Numbered from the stretch's first letter, positions 40,641 through 51,622 are shown. The stretch: 64,000 nt of DNA from Candidatus Poribacteria bacterium (GCA_965242965.1 OZ251518.1:4498181-4562180), one strand, 5' to 3'. Numbers and translations are program-made. Notes: generated from the letters alone by a model not told the origin.

Positions 40641-43600
40641 ATGCTGAAGAACTTAAAACATTTTTGGCAAATACATCTCACGGTTGCACTCTGCACCGCG
40701 GTAGCGACAGGCGTGCTGACAGGCGCGTTGCTCGTCGGCGACTCCGTGCGCGGCAGTCTCAAAGCCTTGACATTGGAACGTCTCGGCCCGATTGAGCACG
40801 CGCTTATCGCCGACAGGTTTTTCTCACCTGCGTTGCTGCGGCGACAAAATATGGTGCCGGCGATTCTGTTGAACGGAGTGGTTGTCGCACCGGAAAAGCA
40901 GACGCGCGTCTCAAAGGTAAACGTTCTTGGCGTTAACGATGCTTTCTTCCAGTTTTGGGAAGGCGAGACAGTTCCTAGTGCTACGGGGGCCGAGGGGACG
41001 AGGCAGATTGTCATTAACGAGGCATTGCATCGCGAATTGAATGTGCAAGTCGGCGACGCGCTCCTCGTCAATTTCCCGCAGGCGGTGGACATCCATCCGG
41101 AGTTTCTCTTCGGGCAACGCGATGCATCCGAGACTATCCAGAGCCTCCGGCTCACCGTCAGTGAGATTATCCCAACGCAAAATGCAGGCAGATTCAGCCT
41201 TTGGCCGCACCAAAGCCTCCCTTTGAACGCGTTCATTTCTCTCCCGTTCCTACAAAAGGCACTCGGGCAGGAGGGAAAAGTGAACGCCTTATTTACGGCT
41301 GAACCGATGCCGATTTCACCAAGCGAACTCGCATTTACCTTAGATGCACTCGGTTTGAAAATCCGCGAACATGAAACCCACTTTGAACTCCAAAGTGAGC
41401 AATACCTGCTCAAACCGTCGTTATCGGACATCGCACTGTCAGTTGCAACAGAACTGTCTGTTGCAACTGAAAACGGCATCCCTGTGCTACCAACGCTGTC
41501 CTACCTCGCGAATACTATCACCGCGAACGGCAAAACTATTCCCTATTCTACCATCGTCGCGCTGCCTATTGACGAGGAGGCGTTTGGGGTTACGCTTGCC
41601 GAAGACGAAATTATCCTGAATACGTGGGCGGCAGATGAACTCGAGGTTGAAATCGGGCACGGGGTTGACATTACCTATTACCGCATCAGCGCGGACGAAG
41701 AATACATTACTGAAACGGCGCATTTCCGTCTGAAGGCAATTACGCCGATTCAGGGGCTCGCCGCAGACCAGGGTATCATTCCCGATTTTCCCGGCATTCA
41801 CGATACGGCGGATATCTCCGAATGGGAGTCCCCTTTTCCAATCGATTACTCGCGCATTCGGGCACAGGACGAGGCGTATTGGGACGAATACCGCGCGACA
41901 CCGAAGGCATTTATCACGCTTGCCACCGGCAAACGGTTGTGGAAAAACCGATTCGGGGACATCACCTCGCTTCGGATGAAAACTGCGCCCGCGACGCGCA
42001 CACAATTTGAAACCGCGCTACTGGAAAAAATTCAACCGGAACAGGTTGGGTTTCAATTCTTGTCGCTCCGCGCCGATGGACTTCAAGCGGCATCAGGCAC
42101 GACAGATTTTGGGATGCTGTTCAGTGGTTTGAGTATCTTGATTATTTTTTCGGTTGCCTACTTGATCGATATGCTCTTTCGCATCGGCGTGGAACAACGC
42201 TCGCGTGAAGCCGGGCTCCTCCGTGCAGTCGGGTATCCACTTGCCAAAATTCGCCTTCGGTTCCTCGCCGAGGCGGGTATCCTTGCCGGTGTCGGCACGC
42301 TTATCGGCTGCGTTTTTGCCATCGGCTACGCGCAATTGATGCTGTTTGGCCTGAAGAATTGGTGGTTACCCGCCATCGGCACGCCTTTTGTGGAACTCCA
42401 TGTCCGCGCAGCGAGTCTGCTCATCGGTATGCTTATCACGTTAGGCGTTGTGCTGTTCTCTATTCAATTCACGATTTTTAGACTGGGGAAGTCTCCCCCC
42501 GCTTTGCTGCTTGCAGGCGCATCAGATTTTGCGGAGGCAGGCCCGCAACCGAAAACCGCGGCAATGATAGCCAAAGGTAAAAAAGTCACGCGAATCTTCT
42601 TCATTTCTACTTTCTGCCTAATCATTTTGGCAGTTATCATGGGTGACTATTTTAAGGATTGGGAAATTACCAAACTTTGGGAGGATTGGATAGATAATCC
42701 CATTTCCAAATTGCTGGCATCCGCTATCGGGACCATCGGTGTAGGGTGGCTCGCGTTTGAGACATGGCTCATCTCGCAAAAGGTGCCGAAACACTTCACG
42801 CGCCGCCGATTTGCGTTTAAAAACGCTGCACGGCACCCCGCCCAAAGCAACGGTTGCGTGATGATGATGAGTTTCGCGTGTTGCATCATCGTCGCGGTGG
42901 GGGTGAATCGGCAGGAGGCACCGCCACAGACACCCTACGCCTTCGTTGCTGAGGCAGTCCTCCCGCTGCATCACAATCTCAATACCGAAGACGGACGCTT
43001 TGAACTCGGTTTTTCTGATAAAGACTCTCAACTTCTCAGCCAGTCGGAGGTGGTGCCTTTCCGCATGCTGCCCGGCGAAGATGTCAGTTGTCTCAACCTC
43101 TACCAACCGCAGAAACCGCAGATTTTGGGCATTTCGGATGCCTTATTGGACGAAGAGCCGTGGCAAAAGATTCTCCGGCCCGGAGATGCAGTTATTGCCC
43201 TCGCCGATGAAAACTCGGTGCGCTGGGTTTTGCATCTCGAACCGGAAGATAATCTGGTAGTCAAAGACGAATTCGGCAATCCGCTCAGCCTACATCTCCA
43301 CACGATGCAGAACAGTTTGTTCCAAAGCCAACTGATTATCTCAGAATCGAATTTCATGAAGTTTTTCCCGAGCCAGAGTGGGTACCGCTATTTTTTAATC
43401 AAAACGCCGCCCGAATTGCGAGAAGCGACAGCACAAGTGCTTGAGAAAACGTTAGGTGACTACGGCTTTGACGTGACATCGGCATCCGCGCGCTTGGCAA
43501 GTTATCGGAACGTTGCAAACACCTATATCTCCACGTTTCAGAGTTTAGGCGGGCTCGGTGTTATCCTCGGCACCTTCGGGTTGGCTCTGGTACTGTTCAG

Positions 43601-43901
43601 AAACGCGCTTGAACGCCGTGGCGAATTGGCGACGCTTCGTGCGTTCGGGTTCCGCCGCGCGCTGTTGTCACGGATGTTGTTCCTTGAGAGCACTTTTCTC
43701 CTCGCTGTCGGGATGCTCATCGGCATCGTCGCCGGGCTCGTCTCGCCACTCGCTGAACGCGGTTCGCTACCGGCATTTCCGTGGGTATCGCTCACAATTA
43801 CCTTGCTTTCAATTTTCATTTTTGGTATAATTGCAAATGCAATTGCGGTTGCGGTGGCCCTCCGAAGTCCACTTCTTGCAACCCTCAAAAAGGAACTGTA
43901 G
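40641..43901 (+). CDS. ABC transporter permease with two FtsX-like domains (MacB-type)
   Basis: ATG at 40641; the track's GTG at 40596 would overlap the ATPase gene. Two FtsX 4-TM modules separated by large periplasmic domains. Confidence 0.7.
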   Translation: MLKNLKHFWQIHLTVALCTAVATGVLTGALLVGDSVRGSLKALTLERLGPIEHALIADRFFSPALLRRQNMVPAILLNGVVVAPEKQTRVSKVNVLGVNDAFFQFWEGETVPSATGAEGTRQIVINEALHRELNVQVGDALLVNFPQAVDIHPEFLFGQRDASETIQSLRLTVSEIIPTQNAGRFSLWPHQSLPLNAFISLPFLQKALGQEGKVNALFTAEPMPISPSELAFTLDALGLKIREHETHFELQSEQYLLKPSLSDIALSVATELSVATENGIPVLPTLSYLANTITANGKTIPYSTIVALPIDEEAFGVTLAEDEIILNTWAADELEVEIGHGVDITYYRISADEEYITETAHFRLKAITPIQGLAADQGIIPDFPGIHDTADISEWESPFPIDYSRIRAQDEAYWDEYRATPKAFITLATGKRLWKNRFGDITSLRMKTAPATRTQFETALLEKIQPEQVGFQFLSLRADGLQAASGTTDFGMLFSGLSILIIFSVAYLIDMLFRIGVEQRSREAGLLRAVGYPLAKIRLRFLAEAGILAGVGTLIGCVFAIGYAQLMLFGLKNWWLPAIGTPFVELHVRAASLLIGMLITLGVVLFSIQFTIFRLGKSPPALLLAGASDFAEAGPQPKTAAMIAKGKKVTRIFFISTFCLIILAVIMGDYFKDWEITKLWEDWIDNPISKLLASAIGTIGVGWLAFETWLISQKVPKHFTRRRFAFKNAARHPAQSNGCVMMMSFACCIIVAVGVNRQEAPPQTPYAFVAEAVLPLHHNLNTEDGRFELGFSDKDSQLLSQSEVVPFRMLPGEDVSCLNLYQPQKPQILGISDALLDEEPWQKILRPGDAVIALADENSVRWVLHLEPEDNLVVKDEFGNPLSLHLHTMQNSLFQSQLIISESNFMKFFPSQSGYRYFLIKTPPELREATAQVLEKTLGDYGFDVTSASARLASYRNVANTYISTFQSLGGLGVILGTFGLALVLFRNALERRGELATLRAFGFRRALLSRMLFLESTFLLAVGMLIGIVAGLVSPLAERGSLPAFPWVSLTITLLSIFIFGIIANAIAVAVALRSPLLATLKKEL

Positions 43902-43913
43902 GTGGAAAAACCG

Positions 43914-44492
43914 ATGCATCGACGTTACCGAATACTCGCAATCATCCTCGTGTTTGCAACACTCTTCGGTTGTTCCGAGGATCCGGAGGATACTACGCCA
44001 ACCGCGCGCTCACACGTGGAGAAAGGGTGGCGTTTTTATCAGGCAGGCGACTATGCGCAGGCACTGCTCAGTTTTGAGCGCGCCCTCAACTTCAATGAGG
44101 AATTTGCCGATGCGCATAATGGGGTAGGCTGGAGTCACCTGAGTCTGTCGTTAGCTATCCCCGTCGCGCAGGAGGCATTCCAAAACGCCGTTCGGCTTGA
44201 TGCCTCCAATGCGGATGCCTGGGTAGGCCTCGCAAACCTGCTCTATTTGCGGCAGAAGGATACATCTGATTTCAGGGCGGCACTCCGTGCAGTGGATAAC
44301 GCCATGAACGCCGATGCACACTACCTCTATCGCCACGACTATGACTCTCCCGCCGGGCTTCATGCGCTCACGGCGGCGTGTTACTACTACCTCGGCGAGA
44401 CGCTGAACGCAAGACAAGCGATGGAGAAGGCACTCAGCGTTGATTCAGAAAACAGCAGCGCGCGCGCACTTGACGCGCTCCTGCAAAAATAA
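43914..44492 (+). CDS. TPR-repeat lipoprotein
   Basis: MHRRYRILAIILVFATLFGCS lipobox signal, followed by TPR-like helices. Confidence 0.55.
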   Translation: MHRRYRILAIILVFATLFGCSEDPEDTTPTARSHVEKGWRFYQAGDYAQALLSFERALNFNEEFADAHNGVGWSHLSLSLAIPVAQEAFQNAVRLDASNADAWVGLANLLYLRQKDTSDFRAALRAVDNAMNADAHYLYRHDYDSPAGLHALTAACYYYLGETLNARQAMEKALSVDSENSSARALDALLQK

Positions 44493-44510
44493 TAAAAATA
44501 GGAGAAGGAA

Positions 44511-45410
44511 ATGGCTCAAAACGTTTTAACGGCAACAGAATTAACTCACTTCACACCCGCGCATCGTGGAAAAGTGCGCGACCTGTATGAACTCGGGGAT
44601 GAACTCCTCATTATATCTACGGACAGGCTTTCGGCGTTCGATGTCGTTTTGCCGAACGGCATCCCCGACAAAGGCAGAGTGCTTACCGGATTGTCCAAAT
44701 TCTGGTTCGATTACACCGAATCTGTCGTCGAAAACCACCTTATCGCAACGGAGGTAGCGGATTACCCGGAGGCACTGCACGTTGACGCGGAAGTCTTAGC
44801 CGGGCGTTCCATGCTCGTCCGGAAAGCGGAACGGATTGACGTTGAGTGCGTCGTGCGCGGCTACCTCGCCGGTTCAGGATGGGCATCGTATCAGAAAACG
44901 GGGGAGATTTGCGGACAAAAACTCCCCGCAGGCCTTCGAGAATCAGAACGCCTTCCGGAGCTCCTCTTCACACCGACGACGAAGGCGGAGCACGGCGAAC
45001 ACGACGAACCTATCTCTATTGAACACATGCGCGATGAAATAGGTTCGGAACTCACCGACAGGTTAATCGATGCCAGTTTCGCGCTTTTTAACGCCGCCAG
45101 CCAGCACGCCGAAAACACCGGTATCATCCTCTGTGATACCAAGTTTGAATTCGGACAACTTAACGGCGACTTGATTCTCATTGACGAGGTATTCACGCCG
45201 GATTCCTCGCGTTTTTGGCCTGCCGATTTATATGAACCCGGCAAGCCGCAGCAGAGTTTTGACAAACAGTTTGTCCGGGATTACCTCTCCGAAATCGGCT
45301 GGAATAAGCAGCCGCCTGCACCGGAACTTCCGCCCGATGTCATCGCTAAAACCAGTGAGAAGTATCGGGAGGCATATCGTCTCATCGTTGGCGAGGAACT
45401 TCCTGCATAA
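44511..45410 (+). CDS. purC: phosphoribosylaminoimidazole-succinocarboxamide synthase (SAICAR synthetase)
   Basis: 299 aa with GGAGAAGG RBS. Canonical PurC motifs (GKVRDLYE, ISTDRLSAFD). Confidence 0.85.
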   Translation: MAQNVLTATELTHFTPAHRGKVRDLYELGDELLIISTDRLSAFDVVLPNGIPDKGRVLTGLSKFWFDYTESVVENHLIATEVADYPEALHVDAEVLAGRSMLVRKAERIDVECVVRGYLAGSGWASYQKTGEICGQKLPAGLRESERLPELLFTPTTKAEHGEHDEPISIEHMRDEIGSELTDRLIDASFALFNAASQHAENTGIILCDTKFEFGQLNGDLILIDEVFTPDSSRFWPADLYEPGKPQQSFDKQFVRDYLSEIGWNKQPPAPELPPDVIAKTSEKYREAYRLIVGEELPA

Positions 45411-46612
45411 TGGCTACCCCACTTGACGGAATCAAGGTGCTCGATCTCACCCGTGTCCTCGCCGGCCCGTATGCGACGATGCTTCTCTGCGACTTGGGAG
45501 CCGAGGTAATTAAAATTGAACAGCCGGGAACCGGAGACGAATCTCGGAACTTCGGTCCGTTCAAAAACGGGTTTAGCCTCTATTTCATGAGTGTGAACCG
45601 TGGGAAGCGAAGCATCACGCTCAATCTGAAGACGCAGCGCGGGCGCGAGATATTCATGCAGCTCCTCAAGCAGTGCGATGTTGTGGTGGAGAATTTCCGT
45701 CCGGGGACGATGCAGAAACTCGGTTTGGATTACGACACGCTCAAAACGTCGCATCCATCGCTCATTTATGCGGCGTGCTCCGGGTTTGGCCAAACCGGTC
45801 CGCACGCACAGCAGGGTGCCTATGATATGATTATTCAGGGGATGGGCGGCATCATGAGCATCACGGGTGAGCCGCCCTCTCCGGACGAAAAGCGCGCGCC
45901 GGTGCGCGTCGGCACGTCTATCAGTGACATCACCGCCGCGCTCTTCACGACAATCGGAATTCTGTCCGCGTTGCATCACCGGCATCAAACGGGGAAAGGA
46001 CAGTTCGTGGATGTCGCGATGCTGGATAGCCTCGTCGCCGTTTTAGAGAACGCTGTTGTCCGCTACTTCGCCACGGGTGAGGTGCCGCAGCCGCTTGGAA
46101 GTCGGCACCCCGCGATTACGCCGTTTGAAGCGTTTGCCTCTGCAGATGGACATGTGATTATCGCCATCGGCAACGATACGCTTTGGGAGAAGTTTTGTGA
46201 GCATGTCGATAGAAAGGAGCTCATCTCAGATGCGCGGTTCCGCACTAACGCCGACAGGACATCAAACCACAGCGAACTCTTCCCAATCCTCACAGAGATC
46301 TTGCGTCAACGGACAACGGATGCATGGATAGACGCTCTTGAGAAAATCGGTGTGCCTTGCGGGCCAATTAATGCGATGGACAAAGTCGTCACTCATCCGC
46401 AGGTGCAAGCGCGGGAGATGATTACACAGGTGGTGCATCAGATTACGGGGACAGTTGCGGTGCCGGGTGTGCCGATAAAACTCTCGGAAACCCCCGGTAG
46501 TGTGGACGCGCCTGCGCCGAGCCTTGGGGAACATACCACCGCAGTCTTGACAGAATTGTTAGGCATGCGCCTTGACGAAGTGGAAAGGTTAAGGCAGGAA
46601 GGAGTTGTTTAA
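45410..46612 (+). CDS. CoA-transferase family III (CaiB/BaiF) protein
   Basis: 400 aa. ATG overlaps the purC stop by 1 nt. GIKVLDLTRVLAGPY N-terminus. Confidence 0.75.
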   Translation: MATPLDGIKVLDLTRVLAGPYATMLLCDLGAEVIKIEQPGTGDESRNFGPFKNGFSLYFMSVNRGKRSITLNLKTQRGREIFMQLLKQCDVVVENFRPGTMQKLGLDYDTLKTSHPSLIYAACSGFGQTGPHAQQGAYDMIIQGMGGIMSITGEPPSPDEKRAPVRVGTSISDITAALFTTIGILSALHHRHQTGKGQFVDVAMLDSLVAVLENAVVRYFATGEVPQPLGSRHPAITPFEAFASADGHVIIAIGNDTLWEKFCEHVDRKELISDARFRTNADRTSNHSELFPILTEILRQRTTDAWIDALEKIGVPCGPINAMDKVVTHPQVQAREMITQVVHQITGTVAVPGVPIKLSETPGSVDAPAPSLGEHTTAVLTELLGMRLDEVERLRQEGVV

Positions 46613-48838
46613 ATGAACACATTACCCGGAACGGCTCCCTTAACGATGGAGGGAGACTTAGCCGCGCAGATGGTGGAGGCACTCAACGTCTACGTGACAC
46701 AAGCGAACGCGGCTGCCCCTGAAAAGCGCGAAACCTTGTGGCATCGAGATGAAAGTTCCCACGGCGCGTATGCCGAATCCGTTGAACCAAATCGGCAACG
46801 GTTCAGAAAACAGATTGGCTGTGTTGACGCGCGACTGCCGATTGACGCACTCACCTACATTGCGACGACGAAGAACGCCGTGCCTCTCCTAAAAACGGAG
46901 ACTTACGTCGTTTCTCGCGTCCGCTGGCCCGTTTTTGACGGAGTTGAAGGCGAAGGGCTCCTCTTGGAACCTGTCGGCGAACCTGTCGCGCAAGTCATCG
47001 CCTTGCCGGATGCAGACTGGACACCGGAAATGATAGCCGGCATTACCGACGAACTCCCGCCGCAAGCGCAATTCGCGCGGCGTTTGGCGGAATCCGGGTG
47101 CCGCGTTGTCGTGCCGGTATTGATTAACCGCGACGATACCTATTCCGGCAATCCTGCAATCGACGCGATGACAAACCAACCGCATCGGGAATTTATCTAT
47201 CGGATGGCGTTTGAACTCGGCAGACATATCATCGGATATGAGGTGCAGAAGGTGCTGGCGTTGGTAGACTGGATGTCGGCTGAGGAAGCACCCATCGGCG
47301 TTATCGGCTACGGCGAAGGTGGGCTCATCGCGTTTTATAGCGCGGCGGTGGATACGCGCATTCAGTCCACGGTTGTCAGCGGCTATTTCCAATCGCGGCA
47401 GGAAGTCTGGCGCGAACCGATTTATCGGAACGTCTGGGGCCTCCTGCACGAATTCGGCGATGCTGAAATTGCGAGTCTCATTGCACCGCGCAAGTTTATC
47501 GTTGAGGCGAGCCGAGGGCCTGAAATCGCCGGTCCGCCGCCAGCACGCTCGGGCCGGAGTGGCGCAGCACCGGGACGATTAGTGTCGCCACCACAAGATT
47601 CGGTAGAATCGGAATTTCAGCGCGCGCATCCGTTTTATCAACGTCTTGGTTGTGAAGATGCGCTGCGTCTCATCATTCCTGAAGATGGATTACCGGGTGC
47701 CGATGAGACGTTAAGCGTGTTCCTCAATGGTTTCGGTGCGCGCTTAGAAAGTGCGCCTACCGTGCTGGAGAAAAGCGCGTCTACCGAACCCTTTGATGAT
47801 GCGGCGCGCCAGCATCGGCAATTTATGCAGCTCGTCAATGTGACGCAACGCTTCTTGCGGGAGGCGGCATCGCGGCGGAAAGCGTTCTTCTGGGATAAAA
47901 CCGATACCTCTTCGCTTGCCAAGTGGGGGGAAAGTTGCGCCGATGCCAAGACGTATTTATGGGACGAGGTTATCGGACGGTGCCCGGAACCCGATGTCCC
48001 TATCAATCCGAGGACGCGCCTTCTCTACGACGAACCGCGTTGGCGCGGCTATGAAGTGGTGCTTGATGTGTGGGAGAACGTTTTCGCTTACGGCATCTTG
48101 CTCCTCCCGAAGGGGATTCCTGAAGGCACGCAGCGTCCCGTTGTCGTCTGCCAACACGGATTAGAGGGGAGGCCGCAGGATACCGCCGACCCGAGGGTAG
48201 ACTCTGTCTATCACTCTTACGCGGCGCAGTTGGCGGACAGAGGGTTTGTTGTCTACGCGCCACAGAATCCGTATATCGGGCAGGATGCGTTCCGCGTCAT
48301 CCAACGCAAGGCGAACCCGCTAAAACTGTCGCTGTTTTCATTCATTGTTCGGCAACATGAACGGACGCTGGAGTGGCTGACAGCGCAACCGTTCGTCAGG
48401 ACTCATCGCGTTGGATTTTATGGGCTCTCCTACGGCGGTAAAACGGCGATGCGCGTGCCGGCGTTGCTCAAGGGTTACACCTGTTCGATCTGCTCCGCGG
48501 ATTTCAACGAGTGGATTGTCAAAAACGCCACTTACGACTCGCGCTATAGTTACATGTTCACCGGCGAATACGAGATGCCAGAGTTCGACCTGGGTAATAC
48601 GTTCAACTATGGCGAGATGGCTGCGCTCATCTCGCCGCGGCCGTTCATGGTAGAACGCGGCCACGACGATGGTGTTGCTCCCGATGAATGGGTGGCGCAC
48701 GAATACGCAGTCGTGCGGCGGCTTTACGTTCAACTCGGCATCGGTGATTGGACAGAAATTGAGTTTTTTGACGGTGGGCATCAGATTAACGGCGAAGGCA
48801 CGTTCCAATTCCTGCATCGGGCCCTGAATTGGCCGTAG
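46613..48838 (+). CDS. two-domain alpha/beta-hydrolase-fold protein (esterase/peptidase-like); first domain may lack the catalytic Ser
   Basis: 741 aa. Second domain has a GLSYGG nucleophile elbow. First domain has GYGEGG with no Ser. Confidence 0.4.
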   Translation: MNTLPGTAPLTMEGDLAAQMVEALNVYVTQANAAAPEKRETLWHRDESSHGAYAESVEPNRQRFRKQIGCVDARLPIDALTYIATTKNAVPLLKTETYVVSRVRWPVFDGVEGEGLLLEPVGEPVAQVIALPDADWTPEMIAGITDELPPQAQFARRLAESGCRVVVPVLINRDDTYSGNPAIDAMTNQPHREFIYRMAFELGRHIIGYEVQKVLALVDWMSAEEAPIGVIGYGEGGLIAFYSAAVDTRIQSTVVSGYFQSRQEVWREPIYRNVWGLLHEFGDAEIASLIAPRKFIVEASRGPEIAGPPPARSGRSGAAPGRLVSPPQDSVESEFQRAHPFYQRLGCEDALRLIIPEDGLPGADETLSVFLNGFGARLESAPTVLEKSASTEPFDDAARQHRQFMQLVNVTQRFLREAASRRKAFFWDKTDTSSLAKWGESCADAKTYLWDEVIGRCPEPDVPINPRTRLLYDEPRWRGYEVVLDVWENVFAYGILLLPKGIPEGTQRPVVVCQHGLEGRPQDTADPRVDSVYHSYAAQLADRGFVVYAPQNPYIGQDAFRVIQRKANPLKLSLFSFIVRQHERTLEWLTAQPFVRTHRVGFYGLSYGGKTAMRVPALLKGYTCSICSADFNEWIVKNATYDSRYSYMFTGEYEMPEFDLGNTFNYGEMAALISPRPFMVERGHDDGVAPDEWVAHEYAVVRRLYVQLGIGDWTEIEFFDGGHQINGEGTFQFLHRALNWP

Positions 48839-48845
48839 GAGAAAA

Positions 48846-49910
48846 ATGCTTTACTCCATCATTGTCCCCGCGGGGCTCGAAAATATCGCGCGCGAAGAAC
48901 TCGCGGAACGTTTCGGCAACAAGGGTAACCTAAAAATGCTCGCGCCGAAACCGCAGCGCGTCCTATTCCACTATGCCGGTAACCCGCGCGAACTCCTCTC
49001 ATTGCGGACAGCGGAGCATCTGTTCCTCGTCGTTAAGAAACTGCCGAAGATGAGCCGCTCGCGCGGCTCTTTGGCGGCACTGAGCGGCTCACTAGCACGC
49101 TTTAATTTCAGCGAAACGTTCAACTGCTGCCGACAGATGGGGCTCAAACTTCGCAAGCGCGTGACATTCCGGGTAACGAGTCGCCTGTCAGGGCACCGCA
49201 ACTTCCGTAGACTCGATCTTCAGCGAGTCGTCGAAAGGGCGTTGCAGACGCACGGATGGCACTTGACAGCACCGAACCCCGCACTGGATGTCTGGGCAGA
49301 AGTGCACGGCGACGATGGGTATATCAGCGTCCGACTCTCACCGATTGAAATGGCGCAGCGCGCCTATAAACGGGTGCATATTCCCGCCTCCCTCAAACCG
49401 CCGCTCGCCTACAGTATGGTGCGGCTTTCACAACCGCGTCCGAACGACGTGTTTCTGGACGCGATGTGCGGTGCAGGCACAATTTTGCTGGAACGCGCAT
49501 TTGCCGGCCGCTACCGCTATCTCATCGGCGGCGATATCTCCACAGAAGCGTTGGATGCCACCGTGACAAACTTCGGCAGGCAGCATCAACCGCGCCAATT
49601 TTTCCATTGGGATGCCAGCGCGCTGCCGCTCCAACCGAAAACCGTTGATAAAATCGTCTCTAACCTGCCGTTCGGTGAGACACACGGAGAAGCATCACGC
49701 CTGACGAAGTTGTATCGGGAATGCCTCCGCCAGTTTGAGACAGTGCTGAAACCGCGAGGCCGAATGGTGTTGCTCACCTCGCAACGGAGACTTCTAGACG
49801 AACTCCTCAAACAGCGGCGGAAACTCAAGGTTACGCAACGGTTGTCGGTGGACGTGCGCGGCATGCGCGCGTGGATTTATGTTATCGTATTGATTAAGGG
49901 GGTTTCATGA
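48846..49910 (+). CDS. THUMP-domain class I SAM-dependent RNA methyltransferase (RlmL/Trm14-like)
   Basis: 354 aa with AGGAG RBS. Motif I (LDAMCGAGTIL) and motif IV (NLPFG). Confidence 0.65.
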   Translation: MLYSIIVPAGLENIAREELAERFGNKGNLKMLAPKPQRVLFHYAGNPRELLSLRTAEHLFLVVKKLPKMSRSRGSLAALSGSLARFNFSETFNCCRQMGLKLRKRVTFRVTSRLSGHRNFRRLDLQRVVERALQTHGWHLTAPNPALDVWAEVHGDDGYISVRLSPIEMAQRAYKRVHIPASLKPPLAYSMVRLSQPRPNDVFLDAMCGAGTILLERAFAGRYRYLIGGDISTEALDATVTNFGRQHQPRQFFHWDASALPLQPKTVDKIVSNLPFGETHGEASRLTKLYRECLRQFETVLKPRGRMVLLTSQRRLLDELLKQRRKLKVTQRLSVDVRGMRAWIYVIVLIKGVS

Positions 49911-50129
49911 CTCGTTGAGGTGAGTTGCCATTCGCGCTTAGAACCCGTTTTAACGCTGCAACGGCATGAATCTGCCCGTAGGAGAGACCTCCCGGTCTCG
50001 ATGTGGCGCGTATCGGGACAAGGATGTCCCTCCTACCGGAAGGCATCGGGCCCACATCTGTAGTTCGGGAGCACCTGCTCCCGAACGGGTCAGGATCAGG
50101 CGATCCTGACCTACAGAGGTGATGCGGTC

Positions 50130-50525
50130 TGCCAGCCAAACGCATGGCGAGGGACAGGCCCTCGCGCTACGGTTACGGACGGTTTTTCGACACGTATGAA
50201 ATTCGCGAGGGACAGGCCCCCGCGCTACGGTGTCCGAGGGGTTCGCGAGGGACAGGCCCTCGCGCTACGGTTGCGGCCGTTTTTGATACGTATAAAGTTC
50301 GCGAGGGACAGGCCCTCGCGCTACGGTTACAGCCGGTTTTTCGACACGTATGGAATTCGCGGGGGACAGGCCCCCGCGCTACGGTGCCCGAGGGGTTCGC
50401 GGGGGACAGGCCCCCGTGCTACGGTACCCGAGGGGTTCGCGAGGGACAGGCCCTCGCGCTACGGTTACGGCCGGTTTTCGACCTGCATGAAAGTTCGCGG
50501 GGGACAGGCCCCCGCGCTACGGACG
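50130..50525. repeat. regular tandem array of family-A GC-rich hairpin repeat (GTTCGCGAGGGACAGGCCCTCGCGCTACGG), 10 copies alternating ~30-nt and ~11-nt linkers
   Basis: Direct inspection. The linkers are near-identical to each other (TTACGGNCGGTTTTTCGACACGTATGNAA and TGYCCGAGGGG). Confidence 0.8.
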
Positions 50526-50536
50526 AAAAAGGCGTA

Positions 50537-51622
50537 TTATATCTCCGGCACGCGCACTGCTACCTCTTTCCCGGCTTCGTGCGAACGGAAAATGCCATCC
50601 ATAATCACGTTCGTGAGCAGCACTCCCTCCGGCGGAATTGGCGAGGACCCGTCCATCTTGACTGCCTCACGGAAGGCAGACATCTGTGCTTCCCACACAT
50701 CTACCTCTGGGAAACCGGAGAAACGGATAGTCGTCATGCCTTCCGGTGGGTTCGGTTCCGCCGTGAGTCCTTCCGCCTCAGCCAACTTCTTGAGCTCATC
50801 GGTATACGCATCGGCATAGACAACGGGGCCATCCAACGAAATTCCCGCTTCCTTGCCGAGGCAGAAGTTGCCGCCAAGCGAGTCGTTGTGAATCGCCCAC
50901 GAGATCTTGAATACCATCACGCCGCCGTTTTCAAACCGCACCCACGCCGCTCCGAATTCCTCAACATCCATCACGCCGCGCCACCTCGGGTCTTGCTGCG
51001 AAATGTGGTTTTCCGTGATGGCGGAGACGCGCACCGGCTTCGGATACCCCATCGCATACAGCGAGTTGTGCATGTTGTAAACGCCGATGTCCACCGTCGC
51101 GCCCGCGCCCGCTGTCTTCTTATAGATGAAGGTGTGTCCCGGATTGCCGCGCCGCCTGCATCCCGCAGATTCAGAATAGTAGATATCGCCGAGTAACCCG
51201 GCATCGACTACCTTCTTCGCGAATTGGAGGCGCGGGCTAAACGTGCTGTGAATGCCGATCTGCAAGATTTTGCCGGAGGCTTTCGCTGCGCGCACCATTG
51301 CAGTGGCATCCGCCAACTTCGCCGCCATCGGTTTCTCGCAGAACACATGCTTGCCCGCGTTCAACGCCGCCACCGTCGGCCGGCGATGTCCCTGATTATA
51401 CGTGCAAACGCTCACCGTATCAATGCCGTCCATCTCCAGCATCTTGTTGTAGCTGGTGAAGACGTGCTTTTTTGGAACGCCCCATTCCTCGGCGGCTTGC
51501 TGCGCCTTACTCTTGACAATATCACACACTGCGACGATTTCAAAACCGCCGGCTTTTTCGTAGGCTCTCTGGTGCGCACGTGAAATGCCACCCGTGCCAA
51601 CGATACCTACTCGGATAGTCAT
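50537..51622 (-). CDS. Gfo/Idh/MocA family oxidoreductase (second paralog)
   Basis: ATG at 51622 with AAGGAG RBS. MTIRVGIVGTGGIS Rossmann N-terminus. The track's extension to 51898 runs through repeats. Confidence 0.7.
   Translation of the reverse strand: MTIRVGIVGTGGISRAHQRAYEKAGGFEIVAVCDIVKSKAQQAAEEWGVPKKHVFTSYNKMLEMDGIDTVSVCTYNQGHRRPTVAALNAGKHVFCEKPMAAKLADATAMVRAAKASGKILQIGIHSTFSPRLQFAKKVVDAGLLGDIYYSESAGCRRRGNPGHTFIYKKTAGAGATVDIGVYNMHNSLYAMGYPKPVRVSAITENHISQQDPRWRGVMDVEEFGAAWVRFENGGVMVFKISWAIHNDSLGGNFCLGKEAGISLDGPVVYADAYTDELKKLAEAEGLTAEPNPPEGMTTIRFSGFPEVDVWEAQMSAFREAVKMDGSSPIPPEGVLLTNVIMDGIFRSHEAGKEVAVRVPEI

Noticed and set aside
50130-50525. Possible CRISPR array
   Set aside because: The so-called spacers are near-identical copies of two linker types and the repeat is the ubiquitous family-A element. 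No cas genes are nearby.
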